A DNA stretch of 64,000 nt from Felis catus (Eukaryota): positions 208,322,001 to 208,386,000 of the forward strand of contig NC_058368.1 in NCBI RefSeq assembly GCF_018350175.1. Reading direction: 5' to 3'. The notes beneath the pieces were generated by a model. That model saw only the letters and a program-made list of their open reading frames with translations, ran no database searches and had not been told where the DNA came from. Of the stretch, positions 51,907 to 64,000 are shown piece after piece. Every line of letters begins with the position of its first letter. Positions within the stretch are counted from its first letter, which is position 1. A program made the position numbers and the translations under genes.

Positions 51907-52113
51907 AGGGGCGCCTGGGTGGCTCAGTCGGTTGAGCGTCCGGCTTCGGCTCAGGTCATGATCTGGCAGTTTGTGGGTTCGAGCCCCACATTGGCTCTGG
52001 GCTGACAGCTCGAAGCCTGGAGCCTGCTTCGGATTGTGTGTCCCCACTCTCTCTCTGCCCCTCCTCAACTCATGCTCTGTTTCTGTCTCAGAAATAAATA
52101 AACATTTTTTAAA
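51907..52113 (+). mobile_element. Can-SINE
   Basis: TSD aaaaatgagatttga. Confidence 0.94.
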
Positions 52114-52260
52114 AAATGAGATTTGACTAAACATAAAGTGGTATCTTGGATTGGATCTGGAACAGAAAAGGACATTAGTGGAAAACCCAGTGATATCCTA
52201 ATAGTCTGTAGTTCAGTTGATAATATGGTACTGTGACTAGTTAGTACTATCCCTAGTTAA

Positions 52261-52448
52261 TTTTTTATTTATTTTTTTTTAATTTTTGATTTTATTTATT
52301 TATTGAGAGGGAGACACAGAATCCGAAGCAGGCTCCAGGCTCTGAGCTGTCAGCAGAGAGCCCGACGCGGGGCTCGAACTCACGGACCGTAAGATCATAA
52401 CCTGAGCCGAAGTCGGACGCTTAACCAACGGAGCCACCCAGGTGCCCC
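52261..52448 (-). mobile_element. Can-SINE with short CT region
   Basis: TSD tatccctagttaatt/tatcactagttaatt. Confidence 0.93.
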
Positions 52449-52602
52449 TATCACTAGTTAATTGTTTAGATTTGACAAATGTGCCATGGTTATGGAAGAC
52501 GTTAGCACGCGGATAAACTGGGTGAAAGGAGGGCAGGAATTCTTTGATCTTTGCAACTATCTATAAACCTAAATTTCTTTCAGAATTAAAAGTTTATTTC
52601 AA

Positions 52603-52841
52603 TTTTATTTTTTTAAGTTTATTTATTTTGCGAGAGGCAGAGACAGAGCAAGTGGGTGAGGGGCAGAAAGAGAGAGAGAATCCCAAGCAGGCTCTGTACA
52701 CTGCCAACATAGAGCCCAACGTGGGGCTTGAACTCACAAAACTCAAGCCCCAACGTGGGGCTTGAACTCAGGTCATGAGATCATGACCTGAGCCGAAATC
52801 AAGAGTCAGAGGCTCAACTGACTGAGCCACCCAGGTGCTCC
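52603..52841 (-). mobile_element. Older Can-SINE with an internal 22-bp duplication
   Basis: cccaacgtggggcttgaactca at 52715-52736 and 52749-52770. Confidence 0.9.
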
Positions 52842-53105
52842 AAAAGTGAAGCTTGTATCACTCTTCAGCAAAAAATATGATGTGGTGTTAAATAAAAAGG
52901 ATGCCCAATTGCCATGGATACTATTACTAGACTTCTAGGAAGTACTCGAAAATAATTTGAAGGCAAGAGTAAAAAGCAATGGTTATGTTAGGGTGGCTGA
53001 GATTAAAGATGATTTTTCTTCCTTCTGTTTTCTTCTATTCAGTAAGCTTTGTAGAATGTTAGTATATATTTTTTTTATGATTTTTAAAAATTACTCTGTA
53101 AAGTA

Positions 53106-53325
53106 TTTTTTTTTATTTTTTTTTTAACGTTTATTTATTTTTGAGACAGAGAGAGACAGAGCATGAACGGGGGAGGGTCAGAGAGAGGGAGACACAGAAT
53201 TTGAAACAGGCTCCAGGCTCTGAGCTGTCAGTACAGAGCCCGACGCGGGGCTTGAACTCACTGACCGCGAGATCATGACCTGAGCAGAAGTCGGCCGCTT
53301 AAGTGACTGAGCCACCCAGGCGCCC
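53106..53325 (-). mobile_element. Can-SINE
   Basis: TSD tgtaaagtattttt. Confidence 0.95.
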
Positions 53326-54075
53326 CTGTGTAAAGTATTTTTATAGTCAAAGACCATTGCTCCTTTGTAGCAAAGGAGATCCACAGACAACTGCTTCATG
53401 AAGCTTGTATTAGTTGCCTTAAGGCAAGCTTTGTTGTCTCCCGGATGCAATCAGTCTCTCTCCATTTAATGGGAAGGCTAAAAATAGTTGGCAATTAATG
53501 AAGCAGATCTATTAGCTCTTAACCACCAAAGGTAACGTATCTGCATAAAATATTATTCCTGTATCATAAGTCAATCGTCATGCTAAAACGAAGGCACCCA
53601 GGAAGGAGGCTATCGCTGTCCTGAGCAGTGCCACACAGCATTGTCAACTGGTAGCAACAGAAGTGCTATCGGGGTGACCTGGCATTGGAAAGAATACAGA
53701 ACAGGCACTTTCGTGCTCCTCCCTACTTTGGTGGCTGGCTCTATCAGAACAGGATTTTCCAAAAGTTTTTGCTCCCTATGCCCCGGATTCTCTAGAGCAG
53801 CTCTGATTCTAAATTGTGTCTCACAACAATGGAAGTTAGAGGGGCATGGCCATGGGGTCTCCCAGGACATGGGTGGAGGATGGCCAGGGCCATGTCTCAT
53901 TCACAGTATCTCAGAGAGGAAGGACAGGTCCCTGACCTTCATGAAGATTCTAAACTAGAGCTGGTGGGGAAGCCAAGTGCTCTGAACATGCTGCCTTTAC
54001 ATACACCCATTTCCATGGCCCTGCATACTGATGAGATTTTGTTTTTCCTTTCTCAAAATAACTAACATTTTATCT

Positions 54076-54606
54076 AATGGGAGAAATATTTGCAAACTAT
54101 ATATTTGATAAGGGGTTAATATCCAAAATATGTAAGGAACTCATACAATTCAATAGCAAAACAAAAACAAAGCAAAACAAAACAACACAAAAATAATACA
54201 ATTAAAAATGGGCAGAGAACCTAAAATTTTCCAAAGAAAGACATTTTCCAAAGAAGATACACAATTAAATAGCCAAAAGATATGTGGAAAGGTGCTCAAC
54301 ATCACTAACCAACAGGGAAACACAAATCAAAACCACGATGACATATAACCTCACAGGAGATATGGCACATTGGGGAGGATGTATGGAAAAGGGACTTTTC
54401 TTGTGCACTGTTGGTGGGAATGTAAATTGGCACAGTCCCAGGGTGCCTGGGTGGCTCAGTCAGTTAAGCATTGGACTCTTGATTTCGGCTCAGGTCACAA
54501 TCTCACAGTTCATGAGCTCCTGCCCCATATCAGGCTCTGCACTGCACTAACAGCTACTTGGGATTCTCTCCCTGTCTCTCTCTGCTCCTCCCCTGTTTGC
54601 GTGCAT

Positions 54607-54655
<49 letters not shown>

Positions 54656-55412
54656 AAATAAATAAATAAATAAATAAATAAACATTAAAAAATAAGTTTA
54701 AATTGGCACAGCCACTATGTAAATCTATATGGAGGTTCCTCAAAGAACTAAAAATAGACCTACCATGACTGGGTATCTGAAGGAAATGAAAACAGGATCT
54801 CAAAGAGATATCTGCACCCCTGTGTTCATTTCAAGCATTATTTATAATAGCCAAGCCAGGGAAACAACTCATGTCTATTGATGGATAAATGGGTAAAGAT
54901 GTTGTTTTATACATACACACACACAATACCACTGATCAGCAAAGTACTACTGAGCCATACAAAAGAAGGAAATCTTTCCATTCGTGACAACACAGATGAA
55001 CCTGAAGGTCACTGTGCTAAGTGAAATAAGTCAGAGAAAAGCGAATCCTGTTTTATTTCATTTGTATGTGGGATCTAAAAAAAAAAAAAGTCAAACTCCT
55101 AGAAACAGAGTAGATTGGGGATGGGTGGGGAGGAGAATGGGTAATGGTGGCCCAAGTATACAAGTTTCCAGTTATAAGTAAGTTCTGGGGACCTAACGTA
55201 CAGCATGGTGACGACAGTTTACAATGCTGGGAGAATAAATGTGAAAAGTTCTTACCGACGTAATAAATGCATCAGCTAGCCTCACTGAGGTAATCATTTC
55301 TCAACAAGTAAATCAACTGCGTGTGTCAAATTATCACATTGTACACCTTAAACTTACACAACGTTATATGTCACTTATATCTCAATAAAGCTAAAAAAAA
55401 TAAATAAATAAA
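54076..55412 (+). mobile_element. Old L1 (L1MA/MB-like) ORF2 end and 3' UTR, interrupted by a SINE
   Basis: aatgggagaaatatttgcaaac...tgcactgttggtgggaatgtaaattgg...atctcaataaagct plus A tail. Confidence 0.88.
54440..54695 (+). mobile_element. Older Can-SINE
   Basis: (CT)n and (AAAT)n tail. TSD taaattggcacag. Confidence 0.92.
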
Positions 55413-58400
55413 TGTGGGGACGAGGAATAAAATACAGCCAAATCTCCATTCTCTATTCCTTTCCTTTTCCTTCTTCTCTTCCAGAGGGAACAACCCTTTG
55501 GTGTTCTGTGTCTTATCCCCGTGTAGGTTTGCATACTTTCCTTTTGTCTACACATTTCTTTATTTTACTGGAAACAACGTAACTGTCCAGCAGTAAGAGA
55601 ATGGATAGACTGTGGTTTATCCATACAATGTACCACCATCTTTCCCCCTTGAAGGTTGGTTTCTTGAAAATGAAAGAGAGATCTATCTGAGGAAAGATAA
55701 AGAGAGATACAGGAGAAAACCCCTGTAAACTTGAAAGCATTCCTCAAATAGTAGTCAGCTTCTGAATCTCCCCTCACTGCTGTCCTGGCAATCGTCATTC
55801 TTTGGTTTCTAAATCCATTGCCATTGGCCCGTGTGCATGTCAGTTTCCAAAATGTCTCGCTGCCATCTTCTGCCTATTCCCTTTTGTCCTGCTCTTTGCC
55901 CCAAATTACAATCACTTGAGTGGAATTTGGGAAGGACCAGTAGTAAATATGTTTGTTCGACCCAACATCACCAGAAATCAATTGATCCGCATGACAATAT
56001 GGGACACAGGAGAGAGAAATTATTCCCATTTTCCAGATGAAGAAACTGAAGTCTGAACGGGGTTGACATAAAATCTTATCAATGGGGCAGGAGGCAGAGA
56101 CAGTGAGTAACGAGGTAGAATTGTTCTTCCTCCTCGACTTTTTCTTGGCGATTCTGCACAACCTCTTCTTCTCGACCCCCCCTAGGTGCCCTCCTCCTGG
56201 GGGCTCCCATCCCCGCCACTCACCCCTACATAGATGCTGGTGGCTCCCCAGTCTATTTCTCCAGCCCAGCCACCTCTTCCAGAAGGGCAGGTCTATGTCC
56301 CTAACTGCCAAGTGGACCCAGGTGTCACATGGGCTTCTCAAACTTCACATGTCAAAACTGAGTTCGTCACCTTTCTCTTTAACCTCAGCGCATCAGTAAT
56401 CCTTGTCCTGCTAGGTGGCATTACCATCCACCATGATTCCCCAAAGCCTGGAAGTCACCTTCATCAAATTAATCACAAGGTATCAATTCTCTCCTATTGG
56501 TGCAGGCCTCAGAATCCTCCTCAACTCAGTGCCTGGAAGCAACAGCACCAGCTGCTGTTCAGGGAGGTGCGTGCAGTGGAACATATTTGCCATTTGTCCA
56601 GACTCCCCTGGTGGTTTTCTGGTCTTTCCAGATCCTAGGGGATACAGTTTCCTTCTCTCTGCATTTACTCTCCTCTGAAGAGTATGTGTCCATAACTAAA
56701 TGAAACTTGTTTTCTGCAAAGCAGTGGAATGCAACATTAAGGGTGTCGGAGTCAGGCTGGTGGCTCTAAACTCTGTGTGTAGGAGGCACATATGAATGGC
56801 CAGCTGCTGGAAGGAAGCACCAGAGACACATTTGCATTGTGAGCACAGCTTTTTTTTTTTCCTTGTGTGTTTGTTTGAAGTGTCCTCCAGGGTAGGGTAG
56901 GGCGGATCTCCAGCTGGGGGCTGGCTGAAGCTGAATTTGCAGAGCAAGCACATTGTTTGAGAATGTAGATTACCACCGGGGTATACAAGGAGGGGGTAGG
57001 TTAAAAGCCTGAGAAAGCCACTCAGTAGAACCACCTTTGCTATGGAGATAGATTCCAGGCAGGGCAGGGTGGTTCTGGAAAGGTCGGAGAAACCACAGGG
57101 AAATCTTGACACAAGGCCTGGCATCAGCTTCAGAGATAAGGAGAGAGTGGACTATGGCCCTAACTGGGATGAGAGCCAATCAAAGTATCCTCTCTAAATC
57201 TCTTCCAGCTAAGTGAGCGAAACTAAAGAGACTTTCCTTCCATCTCTACAATCTCTGAGTCATCAGGAGAAAGTCCAATCTCTGAACGGGGCAAGCCCGA
57301 GCTACACTCTCCAAAAACACCCAATAAAGCAGAAAGTTTTGAGAAGGGTTACAACACTGAGGTTTTCTGGGATTTTATCTATTATGATTTAAAAACATAC
57401 TAGCACGTCCTCATTATTAAAAAAAAAAATAGTAGGCCACGTACATGTGGACTAAAGACTTAAGCAGTTGCATACAAAAATCACACTCCTATTTAACCAA
57501 CAATGGTTAGAATGACGGAAAAAATATATTACACAAGAGAAAACTAGTTTCGAAGAACTGTAGCCTTGAAAACTAGGATAATGCATTTATACAATGTATC
57601 CTGAAGCTGTGTTCTTGTAAGCTAAAAGCTAAAGTTCTTAAGAGATAAATAAAAACTGTGTTACGTTGCCACAAGGGAGCTGTATTGGGCTTTCTTCTTT
57701 GGAGGGCTTTCAATTCTGTATTAGGTTTTTGCATTAGAAACTTCTGAATAATTAGGTCAATTTCTCATGGTAATTCTATTTCATAAAATACTTCAACTTC
57801 CTGAGCAAAATTCATCTCTGATTCAATTAGTTTTGTAATACAATTCATAAAAACACTTCAAAACGCAAACAAAAGTATCATCTGTGACAGAAATACATTG
57901 CTAGCTTTTTAGTTATTTGATTTTCATGGAATGAACCAAGTTATATTCACTGATGCAATGGAAAGTGCCCAGACTAACTAAAAATAATCAGGAAATTCTG
58001 AACAGGGGGAAAAAAAACCCTTATTTCCATCTTTTTGAAGCTTGCTCCAACTATTATTACTAAAGCAGCACGAGGAATATGTAACCACAATCTGTCACTA
58101 GAGCCTCCTCCGAGGTGATGCCTTCAAGGCAGCCGTAAAAATGTGGGTTTAAGACAGAACAGTGTTTGTTCTAGTTACCCGGGGATTCAAGAAATTCTCA
58201 GACTCTGAGGAGCAGCATGAAGTGTTTTCCAAAGCCCTGCCAGCTCCTCAATGTGGGGCGGTTCTGTTCACATCACAGTCATGTTTCTCTTTGAAATCCA
58301 CCATCGCCGCACAAAATTCCAGAATATTAATCCACCATTCCACACAATGTAATTCCCAAATGAAATTCACCCTTCCGGGGTGTAATTTCAGAATGTAATC

Positions 58401-58498
58401 CACAACTCCAGAGCGTCAATCCACCATGCCAGAACCCAACTCGCCACTCCAGACCACCTTGATTTTCTCACGTGTTAACCAATGGGCTTGATCAGATT

Positions 58499-58746
58499 AT
58501 TTTTTTGTTTTTTTGGTTTTTTTTTTTAATTTTTTAAATGTTTATTTATTTATTTTAGAGAGAGAGAGAGAGTGCACAAGTGGAGGAGGGGCAGAGAGAA
58601 GAGGGATACACAGGATCTGAAGCAGGTTCCAGGCTCTGAGCTGTCAGCACAGAGCCTACCTAGCGCAGGGCTCGAACCCACGAACCGTGAGCTCATGACC
58701 TGAGCCGAAGTCGGACACTCAACTGACTGAGCCACCCAGGCGCCCC
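58499..58746 (-). mobile_element. Can-SINE
   Basis: Full-length reverse copy. Confidence 0.93.
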
Positions 58747-60200
58747 TGATTAGGTGATTGCTAATGTCTCTCATACTCTGGCACTGTATGATATGTCCCT
58801 TATACCACAGCGGGGAGTATCTGCAGAATACCAAAGCGAGAGGGGACAGAATCAAACAGTTCCTGGCTGCCCTTTCAGACCCACACAAACAGGAGTCCTC
58901 CTTTAGAAGCCCCAGTCTGGGTCCTCCTTTTGCCATTCAACACTCCTTGGCTGGAGTGTGGTATTCCAGGCTACATGCCTATGAGAGTCCAGGACCCCAT
59001 GTGTAGACGACTCCCCAAGCGCCTAAGCCCTGGATTCTCCACCCAGATGCCTGTTTCCTGGTCCTCACTGACTTCTCCCCTGGTCTTTCCTTCTGAGAGT
59101 GGACCCAGCTGCTGACGTGCGCACCCTCAGGCAACAGGGACGGCGAATGGATTGCCATTTGCCACAATAGGTGGTGGACAGGGCCAGGGTTGGCCGGGTG
59201 TCTGCCCATGTGCACGGGGGCCCCCTTCGGAGAAGGACAGAGCGAGAGGTGCACCAGACCAAGGGTTAGAGGCCAGTTCTCTCCGCATTGCCTCTTTTCA
59301 AAGTGGAAATTCAAGCGGTCTGAGAAATCTAAATTTGAATGTGGTCTTCCCGGTCACTATAAAAGTGTATGTGTCAGGATGGAAGGGGAGAAAGTATTGT
59401 ATCCAAGAGTTTGCTGGCTTAATTAAGTTTTTACACAAACGGTATATGAGCGTCCGTGTGAATTCTGAGCTTGGTTCACTAGTGTCAGGGGCAGGCCTGC
59501 CTCTGAGCATCACGCTGTTTCATAAACTGGGCTCAGCCGAGTTGTGAGGGGACCTCGCAGAGGACTCTTCCTGGCCCAGCTGGTGACTTCTGACAGAAGG
59601 AGAGCTGGGCCGAGAACCTCGAGCAGCAGCTCCTGTTAAGAATCAGCAACAAGCCCAAGGGAACACAGATGCCAGAGATGAGGGAACTACTGGGGAGAGT
59701 GATAACACGCGGAGCTGGCACTTGGTAGAGTCGCGATTACTCGACCTATTTCTAGGCCCACCTATACCCCGAACTCCAGCGGTGTCAGGGAAGGTTAAGG
59801 CAAAACACAGCTTTTGAGTGCCCCTCAATGCGGGAGTTCGTGCATTGCGATCTTTGGTTTTCGCTGACATAGCTTACTTTTCACTGCGTCATCCAAGAAA
59901 GCAAGCAGGACGGCCCTAAGTCTGCACTCACCAGCCTCCTGTTGCCCCACACACGCATGCACACATGTGCACACACATGCATACGCACACACACATCCTC
60001 CTGGCCCCAAGCAGAAATAATTTAAACTGTTTAACGATGATTCATCTTTAACGATGATTCAATGTTAAGATCATTTTACATGGTTGGGGGGAGGGTGGGG
60101 GGCAAAGAAGCATCAGAGGCTATTAAACTTGACAAAAGCATGTGAACAAGAATACTGGAGAAGCTTCTAAGCTGGAAGAGATTTTCAAATTCGTCTAATC

Positions 60201-60376
60201 CAGTGGTTCCCAAACTTTGGGGAGCGTCAGAATCACCTGAAAGGCTGTACTAACTGATGGGTGGCCCTGCCTAGAGTCAGTAGATCAGGGATGGGGTCCG
60301 AGGATTTGCACTTCTAACATGCTCTCAGGGGATGCTGGTGCTGGGGGTTTCCTAAACCACAGCGTGAGAACCACTG
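60201..60376. mobile_element. MER5A hAT-Charlie
   Basis: TIRs cagtggttcccaaact / gtgagaaccactg, with internal tcagaatcacctg and tttgcacttctaaca. Confidence 0.85.
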
Positions 60377-61819
60377 GTGTGGCCGAACCTCTGGTTTTAA
60401 TTGTGGAGAAATTAAAACTCAGAGAAGCTAAGTGTCTTGCGTGAGGTCATAGCAGCTACTGAAGAGCTGACACTAAGACCTTGATGTATTGAATCTCTAC
60501 TCTCAAATCTCATGAAATTGTAGCAGCCTTCAATTTGACCCAGGCCCCTTCCCAGGTTGTACCAGTGACTCTCAACCCTTTTTGTTGCTTTAACATACAT
60601 CGAACTCCCCTAAGAGGACATCTCTGGTTTAGGGAGACTGCCTCTACGAGATATTTCAAAATCTCTAACTATCTGGGTCAAGAACTCTTTTTCACGGAGT
60701 TTGGAGAAGTTCCCCGGGTGGTCCTGATGGGCACCTGCCCTTGGCTGAGCCCCACCCTGAGTCCCACTCTTGGGAATGGGATCTCATCCATTCCCACAGT
60801 GTCCCCAGGCTTCTGCCACGTGTATCTTTTCATATCTAAGTAGGCATGTCTAAGTGAGCATCTCAGCCTTGATGGCTCACAAACATCCCAAACTCCAAAT
60901 GTTCCAAAATGAAACCATCATCTCCAACCTCCCAATCTCTCTCATGTTCTCCATAGCTCAGAAACCTGCAGTACCTTTAACTGCTCCCCTTCTCTTATGT
61001 TCCAAATACAGCCCTGATGCTGCCCCAGGAGACCACAGGGTATAAACTCTCTGAGCACAAGGACTTTTGTATTCACCCTTTATTCTTGACGCCTATGATA
61101 GTCTCTGGAACACAATAAGCATTCCATAAATATCTGCTGTCTGATTGACTAAATGTTTGCCTGAATAAATCCCTATCTTCCTTCTAGCACTCCTGCCATG
61201 ACCTTAGTTCAGCCTTCTATCAAACGGGACTAACATCCCCAAATAGCCATACACCTGGATCTGCTCTTTCAGGTGCTCAAGGTACCACAGGACAGCCAGA
61301 AAAGAAGAAACCATGGGGGCAAGACTGGGTCTTCTCTCCAACACTAGACCCCTGTCTTGCTCGAGACCAGAGTCCATTTTCTCCAGACCAGAGACCCACT
61401 GAGGTTTAGCTTAGGCTCCAGTCTGAAGACTAAAGGGAATGTGACCCCTGGGGGTCAGGGGCTGCTGCAGAAAACTGGATCACCTTTCCAAAGAAGGGAC
61501 ACTGGGGAAGGGCCAAAGTAATATTTGCTCCTAATATTAATTCTCCTCATCCCATGAGCCTGAGGCCGCAACCATATAGGAGATCCTTGTAAGGGCTAGG
61601 GATCGTAATGTCTATAACCAGCTTCTTATAAAGTTCTCTTGGATGACCTCAGGGAAATGGCCTATTCTCACAGAAGACAGCCTTCGTAATTCTTCTGGCT
61701 CACTGCTAGATGGATGACATTTTGGGTTCTTGTGACTACAATGAGGGTCTTTATGAGGAGAAAGAGAATCACCACGAGAACACCACCATTAGTGACAGTT
61801 GCTGCCAGCAAAATCCATG

Positions 61820-62826
61820 AGTGAATGCAAACTTTAATGGGGAAGCTTTGATAAAGAGGACATTTGCACAGCCTCAAAGAATAGTTACTAATCACTGTGG
61901 TGGTTTTAACATTGTGTCCACAAATGCTTTGATAGTCTTCCTCCGGAAGGTGGAGCTTAACTTCCCTCCCTTGAGTGTGGGCCGGATTTAGCGGTTTACG
62001 TCTAATAAATGGAATGCGAAAGGGAGAAATGGTAGCTTTACAGTGGAGAAAGATGGCAGACACCATTTTCACCAAGTGACCCAGGTTAACATCACCAGTG
62101 AGAAGACACGTTGGTATCATTTGTCCCCTGATTTGATTGGATGTGAAGGATAATTCAACCCTCTGGTATTCCTGCCCAAAATGCACAGCCCCAGTCTAAT
62201 CATCAGAAAATATTCGACAAACCCCAATCAAGATGACAGTTTCCAAAATAACTGACCAATAGTCTTCAAAAGTGTCAAGGTCATGAAAGACGATGAATCT
62301 GTCACAGATTGAATGAGACCAAGGAGATACAACAAAATGCAATGCAATGTGGTACCCTCGATTAGATTCTGGAATAGAAAAAAAGACTGGAAAAGCTGAT
62401 AAAATGTGAATTAAGACTGTACTTTAGTTAATAGCATTGTGCTAATGTTAATATCCTAGTTTTGATAGGGGCGCCCGGGTGGCTCAGTTGGTTGGGCGTC
62501 CGACTTCGGCTCAGGTCATGATCTCACGGTCCGTGAGTTCGAGCCCCACGTCAGGCTCTGTGCTGACAGCTCAGAGCCTGGAACCTGCTTCAGATTCTGT
62601 GTCTCCCTCTCTCTCTCTGCCTCTCCCCCACCCAAGCTCTGTCCCTGTCTCTCTCAAAAATAAATAAGCATTTTAAAAAATTAAAAAAAAAATCCTAGCT
62701 TTGATAAATGTACCATGGCAATGTAAGATATTAACGCTGGGAAAAGCTGAGTGACAGATGTACGGAAACTCTATACTCTTGCCACAATTCTTCTAGAAAT
62801 CTAAAATTAATCCAAAAACTAAAATT
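61820..62826 (+). mobile_element. L1MC/MD-type 3' UTR, interrupted by a SINE
   Basis: ctttacagtggagaaag...ggttaacatcaccagt...cttcaaaagtgtcaaggtcatgaaagac...tctaaaattaatccaaaa. Confidence 0.75.
62468..62690 (+). mobile_element. Can-SINE
   Basis: TSD atcctagttttgata/atcctagctttgata. Confidence 0.94.
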
Positions 62827-64000
62827 ACTGAAGAAAACAATGTGGATCCTTCCTTTTCATCATAATCCCGCAGGAGACCCTTTTCTCTCAGGCAGGAATT
62901 TCACTAGGCAAGGCTCTCTCCCTCCTGGAGCAAGACTGTCTCAGGTCCTGCAAATCAACAACAAAAAGCTGGTATCATCCGTCATTGCCCACTGGTGGTG
63001 ACTGGGCAGCCCTGTAATTCATCGCTCCTTCTCATACTCTCAGGATCAGGTTTCTTTCCTGTCTCCTCCTGCCAGCACGGGCTCCACACCAGATGGCCGT
63101 ACATCTGGCGAAGGGCGTCTAGGCTACACCTGCCTTCGGAAGAGGTTTCCTCCTTTCCCGTGTGCCGGGCTACAATCTGGCCTCTGCAATTTTCAGGATG
63201 GCAGCAAAAAGCATTTTGCCAAACCTTCACCAGGCTCCTTCCTGGTGAAGTCACTGGGTTAGCAGAACATGAAGCTTAATGAACAATGAGCTACATAAGC
63301 ATGTACACGATCACAAAAGGTTTAAAATATCTTGTCCTACAGAGAACAGAGATTAACAGTCATTTAAAAATGGAAAAGGAACCAACTGTATACCTTATCC
63401 CACAATGCTGGAAACGTTAAAGACTGTAGGTTCATAGTTTGGGCATGTGAAAGACGGTAATAGCTGTAATTTAGGAACCACTGTCTCTAAGCCTGACACT
63501 CTTCAGCACTTTATAAGGAGGGTCCCTTCCACCACTGACCCAACTCCATAGGACAGTTTGGGCAAATAGGAAAAAGATTTCATGTCTGTTGGCAGACACA
63601 GACCCCCAGGCTGGGCAAGAGGACCAGACAGAGGATAGAATTTCTGCCCCCAGGCCACTGCACCCTCAACCACTCAAGATTAACAAGGTGATCCCCAGCT
63701 GGATTCCAGAATTCTGCAACTCCTGGCAGCATATAAACGGCCCAACATTATGAAGCTTGTTTTTTTTTGACAGCTCTGCAAGGTAGGTGTTGTTATACCC
63801 ATTTTTAAAAGGAGGAAACTGAGAACAGTCGATTACTGACACATTCAAGACCATAGAAGGAAGAATAGCCAGAATGTGACCCCAGACCTCTTTGGCTCCA
63901 AAAGGGATATTTGCAATCACTCCCAGGATCATGTGATGAAACAGCCATTGTAATGGTGATGGCAACAGATTTACCACAGGGGCAGGGGCTGCTGGCAAAA

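Larger units (their letters stand above)
51180..52595 (+). mobile_element. Ancient L1 (L1ME/MC-like) fragments carrying SINE insertions
   Basis: ttttggaagacaatttggcaat, and ggaacagaaaaggacattagtggaaaac...ctttgcaactatctataaacctaaa. Confidence 0.6.

Noticed and set aside
61668..62186. Longest ORF in the track (172 aa)
   Set aside because: It is largely an antisense reading of an old L1 3' UTR with no recognisable domain.
702..62667. Recurring ORFs such as MAQSV...TSAQVMISQFMSSSP...LTAQSLEPASDSVSPSLS
   Set aside because: These are translations of Can-SINE copies, not a gene family.
62987..63002. Possible CTCF site cccactggtggtga
   Set aside because: The match to the core consensus is too poor to call without a PWM scan or ChIP data.
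1..64000. A novel multi-gene, CRISPR-like or defence system
   Set aside because: The window is mammalian intron/exon DNA. Dispersed repeats are SINEs and LINEs with TSDs, there is no repeat-spacer array, and no long non-repeat ORF is present.
41672..64000. EGFLAM exon 1, promoter, or orthologues of human EGFLAM antisense lncRNAs
   Set aside because: I found no signal-peptide exon (MDLIRG-like) or true CpG island, and lncRNA exons cannot be supported from sequence alone.

Overview
This is mammalian genomic DNA, almost certainly felid: it carries about 24 carnivore tRNA-derived Can-SINEs of the SINEC_Fc type and L1_Fc-type 3' ends. The window lies inside one minus-strand gene, EGFLAM (pikachurin, the photoreceptor ribbon-synapse extracellular matrix protein). 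Five coding exons are present, equivalent to human exons 2-6: 41562-41671, 40378-40461, 29177-29294, 27747-27882 and 8233-8399. All have GT-AG boundaries and compatible phases, and they splice into one open frame encoding the two N-terminal fibronectin type III domains. Exon 1 lies beyond the right edge and exon 7 onward beyond the left edge. The rest is intron filled with SINEs, L1/L2/CR1 LINE pieces, MIRs, MaLR/ERVL LTRs, hAT and Tigger DNA-transposon fossils and microsatellites. Nearly all ORFs in the supplied track are spurious or repeat-derived. I found no new multi-gene system. The best second-look items are small events: an L1 3' transduction carrying a hairpin, a templated filler at an L1 deletion junction, nested L1 insertions, a TSD-flanked (AAAAG)25, a degenerate TAATCC-bearing repeat in intron 1, and inverted SINE pairs around exons. 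Gene and repeat-family names come from recalled sequences, not database searches, and repeat boundaries are approximate unless a TSD is given.
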